DNA from: Pseudogymnoascus verrucosus
Lineage: Eukaryota
Assembly (NCBI GenBank): GCA_001662655.1
Contig: KV460221.1
Length of the DNA stretch: 64,000 nucleotides
Strand: one strand, 5' to 3'
Shown: in pieces, positions 49,238-61,400 of the stretch
Position numbering within the stretch: the stretch's first letter is position 1
Layout: each line of letters starts with the position of its first letter
Made by a program: the position numbers and the translations under genes
Notes under the pieces: model-generated
Seen by the model: only the letters and a program-made list of their open reading frames with translations
Database searches by the model: none
What the model was told of the DNA's origin: nothing

Positions 49238-50860
49238 CTACGACGAGCATACCGGATCAGCGAATCCCCTCGTCCACCGCAAACTCCCCATGATAATCGT
49301 CATGAACGCCAAAGCCACGCCCACGCTCGCGACACCGTAGGTATATGCGTGTTTTCTCCTCAAACTCGTCAGCTCGAGAACCCACGTACTGACGGTGGTT
49401 AAGCAGCCACAGAACCCATCCATAACACCCTGGAGAACCTGACACCCGACCAATCCGCCTCCTATTCGACCCCCCAAAGAGCCCAGAGGTGCATGCTGCA
49501 AGTCCCATGCCATTCCCAAGATGATAGTTCCAAATATGTTGACCACAAAAGTGCCTACAGGGAATGACGGCTTCAGCCCATTCAGCTTCACCGACGCGTA
49601 GAAACGGGCGATACAACCCAGCGGAGCAAAGATAAGGGAGAACAAGACTCTTCCTCGCCAAGTCTCCTGAGCCCAAGTTGTTTCTCCATTCGCGGCGGGC
49701 CCAGTTGGTCGATCAGGAGGCCAGATAGCCATAAAAACTGCTCCGACCCAGACGCCCAGTGCGACGACGACGGTTATACGGTCGAATATTCTCCGCATGA
49801 GACGAACTGGGATGGATGGAGTGATGTAGTGGAGTGCGATTGCGAGATGAGCTCCAAACTTCAGCGCTGCAATGCAGACGCAGAGAGTGAGGATATTGAC
49901 AGCGAGTAGTGCCATAAAACTTAATCCACCGTTTCGGGGAATGACGGACGAAGACCCGCTTGCGGATATGATTGTTGGGGAGCTATTCGAAAGCGCCAGG
50001 AAACCATCTCTAATGAAGCTCGAGAAGGAAGTAAATGAGCCGCAGAAACCGGTCGTGAGCCCGATATATAGCGGTATTGTCTTCTTGAAGGTGAGGTGCA
50101 CCTTTCTAGCAGCAATCCTCAGGGCTTCTGAATCGGGCTCGTTGGCCACGGCGCCTCCGGATCCTCCACGGCCAGTCTCCGGACTGCTTACATTCTCGCA
50201 CGTTTCTTCTTCTGGCGTGGCACCGTTCTGGCCTTTATCACTGTCCATGAAGAGCCTCCTATCTTCGCTGAAATAACCCATAAGGAGACTCCCACCGAAA
50301 TTGGCCCAGAGGACGCTGATGCCAACTGGGGCTCCTGGGTACCTTGTTAACGCATCGAGACCTATTCGGGCAAGCGTACCAAGGATGGAAAAGAGTATCA
50401 GATATGACAGTATATATATCTCAGTGGCAACCCTCGAAGCACGTTCATGGCCTGGAACGGCCTCTTTTGGCTCGTCTGGGGGACTTTCTTGGCCTTCCCC
50501 GCCTTCACCAGCACCACCACCTGACAGCCGTCGGCGCCTTTGATCCCGTTCATATTCCTTCTGCTGTGACCGAGTGGTCTCCAGAAAAGATCTCCGGTAT
50601 TGGAGCTGCTCATGTGGATTCTCATCAGGTGACGGCGCGTCAACTTCGTTCAAGTTTGCGAGCCCTTCTGGAACATCATATGACGCGCCATTGGAGTCGT
50701 TATTTTGGGAAGCAACGCTCTTTTGCTTTCTCCTACGTGGTTCCGCTTGATGTGTTCTGACTTCATCGTCTCTGACAGTTGGTGTTATTGAGGCTAATTC
50801 GTGAGGTCTTTGGGGAATATCTTGGTTTTCACGAGGTGAACCATTCTCGCCGCGTAACAT
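49238..50860 (-). CDS. FEX1: Fluoride export protein (two CrcB/Fluc domains)
   Basis: GTLARIGL, ANFGGSLLMG and GLTTGFCGSFTSFS in the first domain; GCIARF, GTFVVNIFG and DGFCGCLTTVST in the second. Confidence 0.93.
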   Translation of the reverse strand: MLRGENGSPRENQDIPQRPHELASITPTVRDDEVRTHQAEPRRRKQKSVASQNNDSNGASYDVPEGLANLNEVDAPSPDENPHEQLQYRRSFLETTRSQQKEYERDQRRRRLSGGGAGEGGEGQESPPDEPKEAVPGHERASRVATEIYILSYLILFSILGTLARIGLDALTRYPGAPVGISVLWANFGGSLLMGYFSEDRRLFMDSDKGQNGATPEEETCENVSSPETGRGGSGGAVANEPDSEALRIAARKVHLTFKKTIPLYIGLTTGFCGSFTSFSSFIRDGFLALSNSSPTIISASGSSSVIPRNGGLSFMALLAVNILTLCVCIAALKFGAHLAIALHYITPSIPVRLMRRIFDRITVVVALGVWVGAVFMAIWPPDRPTGPAANGETTWAQETWRGRVLFSLIFAPLGCIARFYASVKLNGLKPSFPVGTFVVNIFGTIILGMAWDLQHAPLGSLGGRIGGGLVGCQVLQGVMDGFCGCLTTVSTWVLELTSLRRKHAYTYGVASVGVALAFMTIIMGSLRWTRGFADPVCSS

Positions 50861-51232
50861 TATACATCACCAAACCAGATCTACAGGCTACAGTGTCGAT
50901 GGGCGCGTAGGGATTGGCATGGTAGATCTTCATATCGAGAGTGTTTGATGGCTTCCCATTTTGGCTGTTGTGGTCGTCAAATCACGTGCGATGACTAATT
51001 TTCCCGCTGTCGGAGTTGACAGGTATGAGCCCAGGCGGTGCCAAAAACTCAACCAGAGAAAATTATATAGTGGGTAACATGACTACTAATTTGTGGATTT
51101 AGTGACTCAATGATATAAATTTAGTGATTAGTGATCTTTCCGTAAGTCTTTAGCAAATAGCAAACTATTCCTTTCCTTTATTCAATATTTCTTCTGTTTT
51201 TTAAAAGACTACCACACATACCGCTGCCTGTC

Positions 51233-52844
51233 ATGGCAACTCAAGTGAGTGAAACGGTTGAGCTCGAGCAGTACAGGCAGAGGCAGTCGTCGTCGCCCAC
51301 GCCGGCACAAACTCCAAAAACACCAAATCATCCTACAGGATTGCCATCGTCAGCAAACACTTCGTACTTTGACCCTGCTGATCCAGACAATGTCGTACTG
51401 GCCTCATTGCTAGCAGATTCGCAAGTTCCCGATGGTGGCTATGGCTGGGTCGTTGTCTTTGCCTGCAGCGTACTCTGCTTTTGGTTCGTAGGGACTACAT
51501 ATAGCTGGGGTGTTATTCAAGCTGCTCTAGTGGAGCAGAATCTCTCGAGCCCGGCCACATTGTCATTTGTGGGAAGTTTGACGTGTGCCTGCAATTCCTT
51601 GTTTGCCTTGTTGAATGCTAGGATAATTAGGTGGGCAGGCGCGAGAAATACTGCCCTGGCTGGCATCGTGCTATTTGGAGGTGGGCAGATCCTAAGTGGC
51701 TTTACAGCGCATAGCGTGCCAGGCCTGTTCATTACTATGGGGGTGATCATGGGCATGGGTGTGAGGTGAGATTTTATACTCCGAAGTAGTGAATGTTTGC
51801 TAAATTCTGCTGTCTATAGCAATCTTTTCATGGTAAGTTCTCGAGCTAGAGAACAATTTACACTTACTAACCGCCCAACCCAAGGTGGTTTCCGTGACAC
51901 CTGCTCAGTACTTCAATAAAAAGCGCGGTATCGCCAATGGCATTGTCTACGCCGGCGGTGGTCTCGGCGGCACTGCCATCAGCTTCGCCATGGATGCCCT
52001 GATCCAAAAATTAGGCATACCATGGACCTTCCGAGTCTTAGGAATAGCCATGCTCGTTACCGGGCTTCCCGCAGCGTGGCTGATTAAAGAGCGCGCTCCC
52101 ATCAAAACAACTACGTTCATTGAATGGTTTGTGACCCATCCACATTTATCATATGGTAAATGTATACAGCGGAAGCTAAAGATACTAGGAACCTTTTCCG
52201 GAGCTTCAAATTCACGGTCCTGTTCCTCACAGGGGTGGTCGCTACTTTTCCTCTCTTCGTTCCTCCGTTCTTCCTCCCATTATATAGCACTTCGCTTGGC
52301 CTTTCCCCAAGCGCTGGCGCCGGGCTTGTAGCCGGCTTCAACTTCTCGTCCGCAGTTGGACGTCTTGCCTGCGGGTTTGCGAGCGACCGCTTCGGGCCTC
52401 TGAACACCCTTCTCATGTCGCTGCTACTTAGTTCACTCAGTATGCTTGTATTGTGGCCGGTATCGACTACCTTAGGCCCTCTCATAGCGTTCGTGATCAT
52501 CAACGGTACTGGAAATGGCGGATTTTTTTCGACGATACCAACGGTAGTAGGGAGGGTGTTTGGCTCCGCAAGAGTGAGTGTGGCGATGGGAATGATGGTT
52601 ACTGGATGGGCAGGAGGCTACTTGATGGTGAGTGGGATTATTATAACAGTTATTGCAAACAAGCTGACAAAAACAGGGGGCGCCAATTGCTGGATATCTC
52701 CTTGCTGCATACGGCGGGGAACACAGTACATTGAAGGCGTACCACCCAGCAATCTTCTATGCTGGTTCCATGGCGTTTGGTGCGACGATTTTGGCAGCTA
52801 CAGTGCGGCTTAGTGTCAATAGGAATATTCTATTGAGTCTATAG
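51233..52844 (+). CDS. MFS monocarboxylate-porter-like transporter (Mch family), multi-exon
   Basis: PDGGYGWVVV, QYFNKKRGIANGIVYAGGGLGG and GRLACGFASDRFGPLN motifs; includes a 13-nt exon at 51820-51832. Confidence 0.92.
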
Positions 52845-52942
52845 TGTAGTTAGGCTTATTTGACAGAATATATATGCGAATATATGCTTTATTCTTCCCT
52901 CTGTAACCTGTGTTTGGAGCATAGCAGCTTGAATGATGTGGA

Positions 52943-54789
52943 TTATATTGCGTTTACAGCTTCCAAGACCCTTCCAACCATCGCCAGGACCTTCTCTTCC
53001 TGGAGTTTTCTTCCAATGAGCTGAAGACCAACCGGCAAGCCATGAATCTCGTTTGGATCGTCTTTATCTTGTTAGCGGCTGTTATTTTTATTTTGTGGAA
53101 ATGGTACTTACACTCCTCTCTCGTGGCTTTGTCGACGTCGTTTAACTCAGGAGGCTCATCCGCCTTTCTCACATCAATATCTCTATCTCCGATAACGCCG
53201 CATGGGAATACCGCGACAGAGTAATCCAAGAGATTAAACAATCCAGTGTAACCAGCATGGGTATATTTCGAATGTTTTGCGGAAATGTATGGCGCAGCTG
53301 CCATAATGATTCCATCCAACCCCTCAATCTCATTCCATTGATCCAGCCACTCCTTCCATATCTGATTTCGTTCCCGCTGTAGCTGCCACACGTCATATAC
53401 ACCGATCTCCTGAGATTGCAAGAAATTATCCATGAACTTTGGGGCAGGTTCTTCTCCTTTCTCGAGTTGGCTTCTGATTGTTTTCCCGCCATCGGCGGTG
53501 AATAGACGCCGAAGTAGATTGTAAACCTTCCCAATGGGCTTGTTATCCCATTCAACGACTTCATGGCCAGAGTTCTTCAGCTTCGCAACCGTTGTCTCAA
53601 GAGCCCTCTGTATGGGCGGCGTGACTCTCACATACCCATCATCCCAAATAATCGCAAACTTCAATTTTTGTGGTAACTGAATCTCCCGCCAGGGGATTGG
53701 ATACAACTTTGGGTCTTTAAACCAAGGTTCCGAATCAATGATCGATTTGCTGTAGAGAATTACATCGTCAAGAGTGCGCGCAATAGGGCCCTGGACCGAA
53801 ACGATAGCTTCCTGCCCTGGCATGCCGGCTTTGAAATCAAAGTTTGGAAGCCGGTTGCCGGAAAATCGGACCGTAAAGAGACCAGTAGTCGAGGCAGGAA
53901 GACGGAGTGAACCGCCAATGTCGGTGCCAACTCCGAGCGGGCTTCCGTACGAAGCGATGAGAGCAGATTCGCCGCCTGAGGAGCCGCCTGGGGTAAGTTT
54001 GCGATTGAGAGGATTTGTGGTTCTGTAAAAGGTCAATGGGCGCACCTATATTTTGGAAGAGTATGATCTTACGTTCCGAAAATATTATTTACTGTCTCCG
54101 CCATCATCATTGCCGTCGGAACATTTGTTTTCACATAGATAATAGCTCCAAGCTCGACAAGTAGATCCACCAAGTAGCTGTTCTTTTCCTCTTTCTCATT
54201 CGCGTATGCTACAAACCCAATGGTACTTGGTGCGCCCTTGATGTTGATATTGTCTTTCAGCGAGACAGGAACGCCATGAAGTGGGCCCCTTGGCTTTCCC
54301 GTCTTCGAGAATTCTTCATCTAATTCCTTTGCAGCCGTAATGGCTTCTGGAAATTGCGTGTACGTCAAGCTGTTCACCTATGGGGAGAATATTAACCCCT
54401 ATAAATTCTGTGGGATCAACACAAACCGAACATACCAGTTGATGTGATACCGCAGCAGACTTGCAAAAGGCTTTGGTGACCTCTTCTGCAGTCCAAGTTC
54501 CAGCAACAATATTTGCCGTGATATCGGTTGCACTCGATGCCGTGATTTTAATTTCTCCCTCTGTAAAAAACCCAGAAGTAGCGACAAAATCATCGACCTT
54601 GGTTTGTGATGTTGGTGGCAACAGGTCTTCCGGGATCAGCCATTCTGAAGGAATCCTGGCGTTCACCTCCTCTTTCTTGGCCGCAGAAATGTCCGTCCAG
54701 CTGAGTTTCTCACTTCTAGACACAGGCAGCTTCTCGGATGCTGTTGCAGCGTCAGCTGACCACGGTTTCTCAGCGAGTATAGAAGCCAT
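52943..54789 (-). CDS. Amidase-signature family enzyme (acetamidase/FAAH-like), 4 exons
   Basis: GPLHGVPVSLKD (catalytic Lys), KTNVP, GGSSGGE, GTDIGGSLRLPA (Ser-Ser) and C-terminal GLPVGLQLIGRKLQEE. Confidence 0.94.
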
Positions 54790-55467
54790 GTTACTGATAA
54801 TTACCACGAAATTTAAAGACGTCGGTAAGGTCATTAAATAAATATGACAACGACCGAGTCCCAGGAGTAAACGCAATTTTCCTCATAATGACGCCTTATG
54901 TTAGTGTTAGGGCGGCCATCAGACGCTATTCTGATTGCTTGGTAGATTAATCTCAGTATTATTAAAACTTAAGACTTTGAACGACAAGAAAGAAAAATGC
55001 GTTATTATCATTCATTAGGCATCATCTGGAATGTTGTATGCTCTGGCATTACTGGTGGTGGTTATGCCCAGAAAGATCCGATCAGATTCATAGATTAGAT
55101 AACCACGTGGCAGGGACCACTTGTCTTATTGGGTGGGGGTCTTTAATACAACAACACGACAACACAACAACAACAACAACAACAAAGATTTGCAGTTACC
55201 AAAGAGTAATGGGTACCAGATGACTAAATTAACTATGGCTATACATTTTAATTCTTTTGCTTCAATACCATAACCGGGATATCCAACTGCTCGGCTCCTG
55301 CCGCCCTTGTGTAAGGGACCACCTCATCTAGCCGTCAAGCCGATGTTTATCAAGTTTGCGACGAGTTACCGCTATAGTCAACTCATCAGGACCAACTCAC
55401 TCCATGCCTCGATAGAATTGAAATTATGAAGCACACCGAGAGAAACTACCCTATGGCGAGGGTAGTC

Positions 55468-58400
55468 CTATTTGCCAATGGCCGATCCAGCAGGCACTTG
55501 GGCGCATACTGTTGCGAGGTCACGGAGAATTGGATTCTGGAAGACGTCTCGAATCGTTAGGGAAATACCGTTCTGGCGTGCTACGCTGACGAGACGTATT
55601 GCCCCAATAGAATCACCGCCCATACGGATGAAGCTGTCATCGATGCTGATGCTGTCAAGCTCAATTTGGAGGACTTCTGCCCAAAGCCTTTGGATGAGCC
55701 GCTCCATGTCTGTTTCTGGAGCCCGCCGCTCACCGTCTAATCGACACAACATTGCAATATCCTTTGCAGTTAGCGATGACCCAATCTCGCGAAGTTGTCT
55801 TCGGTCTACCTTCCCCGTAATAGACCTGGGAATGTTTTGGAGAGGAATATAAACCGTTGGAATCATGAACAAAGGTAGCACCTCTGATAGATGGTCATTA
55901 ACCCCGATCGATACTCGTTTGACCTTGGAATCATGTTCTTCGCCAGCGCCATCTACAGAAACAAAAGCTGCGAGCATTTTGTTCTCAGTTCCGCGTGGTT
56001 GGATGGGCTCAGCGAAAACCTGAATGTCAGCCGCTTTGCTAGCCAGGACTTGTCGCAAATGATGCTCCACCTCCTCTAACTCAACTCGCTGACCACGAAT
56101 CTTGACCTGTGTATCTTTGCGTCCAATAAAGAGTAAGCTTCCGTCATCTCTATACCGCACAAGGTCTCCGGTTCGGTAAACTCGACCACGGCGTCCGGGA
56201 CGACCCCCGGGAACGCCACGCAGAAGCCATGCCGGGTCTTGGACAAAGGACACAGCAGTCCTGAGAGGGTCATCGAGATACCCGTCACCAACTGTGGGAC
56301 CCTCGATCCAGAGCTCGCCCACCGTCCCAATTGATGCCAAGATATCCGGGTTATCTGGTTCAACAACCCATGTACAAACTCCAACTCCACGGCCGAGTCC
56401 AACCTCACTGGCCGCTGACAGGTCCAATATTGCTGCAGATGGAGTACACTCTGCGGGGCCATAAGCATTTACAACTCGGGTCTTGTCACCAGCTAAGTAT
56501 GCGTCGGTGGGGAGGACTGCTTCGCCCCCCAACACAAGGGTATTTAAGTTGGAGAGGCCGGTTGTGTGACGGGCCAACGAAGGTGGTAGGTCTACCATTG
56601 TGATATTGTACTTGACAAAACACTCGGACAAGTTTTCCTGCCGTTCATCCGAGGATGGAATACAAAGGCACCCCCCTGGAATTATCAGTGAGTATAAATG
56701 TTTTTCATAACTTCAGTTTGGGCCGAAATAATAAGCAAAAACTCACCTGCTGTCAGTGTATTTAGTAGGTTAGCCCAAACAACATCAAAAGCGTACGAAG
56801 AAAAATCCAAGACACGAGCGCCCTTAATATACCCCAGTGTATCCCGTTGATAGGCAATGGCACTTGAGTAGTTCTTGTGCAGGAGCTTGACGCCCTTCGG
56901 GACCCCGGTGCTACCCGAAGTAAATATAACACATAGTAACTGGGACGGGTCAACACTTGGCAATCCGAGATATCGCTCAGGCAGAGGCCCATGAGTTTCG
57001 TCGCTTTGGGAGTTGGTTTGATTTGAAAGCTGATCTCGTCCCACGACCACTACTTCGTTTATTCCTAGGCGGCGGGCCAGTTCGCTATTTTCAACCGACG
57101 ATAAAATGACCGTTGCTTTGACATGCGTGGTAATGGTGCGCATTCGCTCCTCCGGCTGGGATGTAGGATCCAATGCGACTGCCGCAGCACCAGCCTGTAT
57201 CACAGCAAGCGCGGCCACTGGCATCCACATCGATTTCTCAAAGCAAAGAGGCACAATGGTGCCGTGTCCCACGCCCATCTTAACGAGTTCATAAGATAAG
57301 TTTGTTGATAATTCGAGTAATTGTCCGTATGTTAAATCGCCATCCCATGCACTAATGGCCGGAGCCAAAGGCTGCTCACGAGCTCGCTGGATAATCCAAT
57401 GATGAACACATGCCTTAACCGGCGCCGGCACTGTGGCATTCCAGGTCCATATATCACAGACGTCACGAGGACTAGCCACAGCCAAGGTCCGGATCTTATG
57501 CTCTCGCATGTCCAAGCTGAGCAACTGGTGAAGAATGTGCTCGAACTGGTTGATGATTCGAGTGACTTGTAGCTCCCCAATAACGCTGGAGTCGAATTTA
57601 ATGCACATGTCCGTCCTGTTTTCTTGCACCTGAGTCTCGATTATGAAAGCACAGGAATCAAGACTATCCTGCCAGCTGTCTTTTGTCTCGCCGATAGGTC
57701 CAGGCTGGTGCCCTGCCACTCTGGACGAGTGATCAACCACGTGCAGGAGCATCTGGATATCGCAGCCTAAGGACGCTTCGTCACTCATTAAGCGGATTCT
57801 TCGAAGACCAGTCCTCTCAAATGGAGCAATCTCATAAGCTTGACGCTGAACTTCTTGGAGAAACTCGGCAACACTATCATCGGGTTTCAACAGTATTCGG
57901 ATCGGTACAACTATCTTATCGTCCTTGTCGGTCACTCCGAAAAGGGCCTCATTGGAGCCAAGAATTCGGGTTGCCAATATTGACCATGAAGCCCTTAATA
58001 TTGTGGATACCTCAAACCCACAGCGGTTTGCCCAATTTAGACTTTGTGCACTTTGCCTTATTTCCCTATCAGGCCAGGATCTGTATGTGGCCGTCTTCAT
58101 TGGTGGAAAATGAGACCCTTGGATATTATCAAAGTGAGTCTGCCAGAACGTCCTTGTCAATTGTTCCTCTGTGCCGACGTTATGTTTGAAAAAGCTACTG
58201 ACAAGGGACTGCTCCGAGTTAGGAAAACTTGTGTCGTCAATGTTGATATTCAAGAGGTATTGGATTGCCTTGATAAAGATAGCGGCTGTTTCTTGTGCCG
58301 CATTCAGGCTGACATATGGCGCTCGGAATTCAATCGCACTTTTTATGACATCTTCTTCAATACTGGCGTGGAGGGTCAAGTCATACTATATATGTTAGTC

Positions 58401-61400
58401 TGCCAGAGGCTTATAAACGTACAAAAGCACATTTCGTACCTCGTGTGAATCTTCGCCGTTGTGGGACTTGAATGAAAGGCCCTTTTGCCTCTCAGGACCC
58501 GCCTTGGCTTTGTTGGAAGCATGTATAGACAGGGAAGTATTAAACAACCTTCGCCCAGAGAGGCCGAGCTGATGTTGAATTTCGGCTAAGGAGGTGTGTT
58601 GAATATTCAGATGCTCTATGGATTTCCCCATGGTTCTTTCTAGGACCCGTCTCGCCGGTGCCCGCAAGTCAACGCGACCGATGAGTAGATTAGCAAGAGG
58701 ACCAACCATGGTCTCAACAGAATCCACTGCTGAATCTCTCCCAGAAGCGAGATAGCCGAAACAGGCCTCGAATTTCCCAGTAAATTGCGACAGGGTCATG
58801 GCCCATGCGACCTGAAGGAAGACAGACCGTGTAATGCCCAGCGTTTTGCAAAAGCCTGCAATACCAAAAGTTACATCTACGGGGATGGGGATAGAGTGAC
58901 CCTCACCTTCCGATTCTGGAGGAGCTTGAAGAACCGGAAATTCACAGGGCTCAACACCATTCAATAGCTTTGTCCAAGATGCAATCCTCTGGGTACTTGG
59001 GGTGCTGCTTATGTATCGTATCATGTCACGGAAGGCCGGGGCTGGCGGCAAGACATAGTTATCATATATGGCGATGAAATCACCAACAATAATCGACATG
59101 CTAGCCGCGTCGACAAGGGTGTGATTGGCATCTAGTCTGCAGGACACTTCGCCTGATTGCGATTGACAGATCGTGAAAGCATGTTCAGGCTCGTTAGCGG
59201 CGAATTTTGGCTTTTCAAGACGGTTCAAGGCTTCTGATGGGTTATCGTCTACCGTCATTTGTGTCACGCGAATGTGCGACTCTGGAATGACAATTTGGAT
59301 GAACGCATTATCCTCAGGATGAAGACTGAATACCGATTGTAAAATGGTATGCCGGCTTACAACCGTCCTCCAAGCCGCTTCCAGTCGTGAAGGGGAGACG
59401 GCAGAGGTAGTGTCAGTAGGCACGCACTCCCATACGGAAAAGGTCGCATAAGTGGATATTTCTTTCTGGGAGCTTAACAAGACACCTTCCTGTAGCGGCG
59501 AGCATGGATATATGTCCGCAACAGCATCCGTCCTAATCCCCATACTTGGGAGCTGTTCTGTCAACAGTGTGTCTAACCCGCTGTATGATAGGGAAAGGAG
59601 AGGGAGATCGGCCAGAGTAAAGCTCTGGGCAGAACGCATCAGATCTTCGGTTACGGATCTCAAGGTGTCGGAAAATGTTTCGATCCACTCGTGAATTCGA
59701 TCCTGATGTTTGAGCTTTCTGTGAACGTTGAATGAAATCAGAAACATGCCTTCATCCACATTGGCATCGATTTCAATCATGGAAGGTCGAGTTGCTAATT
59801 TCGAGATTTCTGAAATACCAGTGTCTGCCTTGAATAAATAGCCAGGAACCCCAAACAGGCCATCTTCGGCTTCGAGTTGTTGGTATCTGCCCGTGTAGTT
59901 GAAGAGCAACTCCACAACATCATGACCATGGAACACCTCGCGACCCGATTCGCTATGGTATCGGCATGCAAAATAAGGCTGCCCTTTACCTGGAATCTTT
60001 TGCCGGTTGTCTTTGGCAATACGTATGGCATCGATTACAGAGCTATCGCGTCCAAGACGCACCAAAAGTGGATAGATGGTAGTAAACCACCCGACCGTGC
60101 TTGACACATCGAAAGGTAAGTCATCACTCTGGTCTCTTCCGTGGCCCTCAATCCACAAAACGGGAGGATCACGCTCGGGAAAGGTTTGGAGGAACGAGTA
60201 AAGCATCGAACCGATGATGATATCGACAGGCTCGGTTTTGAGGCTCGTATTACTGCCGCCAAAAAGTCCATCCGAGACATCAAGATCAAATAACTTAGAG
60301 TGCATTTCCACATTATCATACGTGTTTTCGGATAGCGGTAACCCCCAAAACTCAAGTTGTGGCTTCGGAATTGGATACGGAAGCACTGCTAGTGGCGACA
60401 AATTGCGGCCTATATTTGCCTGGCGTCTACACCAGGTTCGGAATGAGGTTGTTGGCTGAGAAAGAAGCGTTCCATGTGTGATATATTCCTCGATGTCATT
60501 CCATATTATGCGCCACGATACTAGGTCAATGACTAGATGGTGGGCTGAGAGTATGATTATTTGGTTGTTATCCGGAATATTGAAAAGGTCGATGGCAAAT
60601 AGAGGGCCCCGTTCGATATCGAAGGATTCCTGTCGCAATTGTCCGGGTTTATCAATCTCGTCATGGTGAGCTACAAAGTGCTCAACAAAAGCAAATGATT
60701 GCGCATCAGCCTCCTTTGGTATAACTTGCGTCCAACGGCCGCTATCAGAGCTTTTACTATATCGTGCACGAAGCAGTGGGTGGCGTCTAATAAGTGTTTC
60801 CAATGCGCTCTTGAGAGCAATTGTTTCTACTGGTCTTTGGAGCTCTAGGATAAAGCTCTGATTGAAGTGGTTAAGGCCATTGGGGTAGGCATCGAAGAAC
60901 ATTTGCTGAATTGGCGAAATCTCAAACGACTCCCCGTCAGTCTCATCCTCTTGCTCATCTTCAAGATCATATTGCGAGACAACTCGACACAAAGCTGCCA
61001 GATTTCGAATAGTCTTCGCTTTAAGGAGATCGCCAACCGTGAAAGTGATATTGTGAAGCCGACCTTGGGATACGGCCTGCATGGCTGAAATTGAATCGCC
61101 TCCTAACCTCGTGAATGGTTTATTGACAGAAGCCTCCTGAGATGATACGCCAAGAACAGACATCCATACTTGTTGGAGGATGGTTTCTAGATCACTCAGT
61201 GATTCCGCTGGGTCATTCATGCTGGAATCCTTTATGTACTGCAAGTATACAGATTCTCCAACAGCTCGAAGCTGCCGTCGATCTGTCTTACCTGAAGTCA
61301 TAATAGGTAGCTTGTAGATTGGAACAAATGCTGTGGGCACCATGTATATTGGTACCATCTCCATTAGGCGATCCGTGAGCGCATCTGTTACCTGTCGGAT

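Noticed and set aside
50861..51100. Fluoride riboswitch upstream of FEX
   Set aside because: No crcB-motif consensus seen, and the element is known only from prokaryotes.
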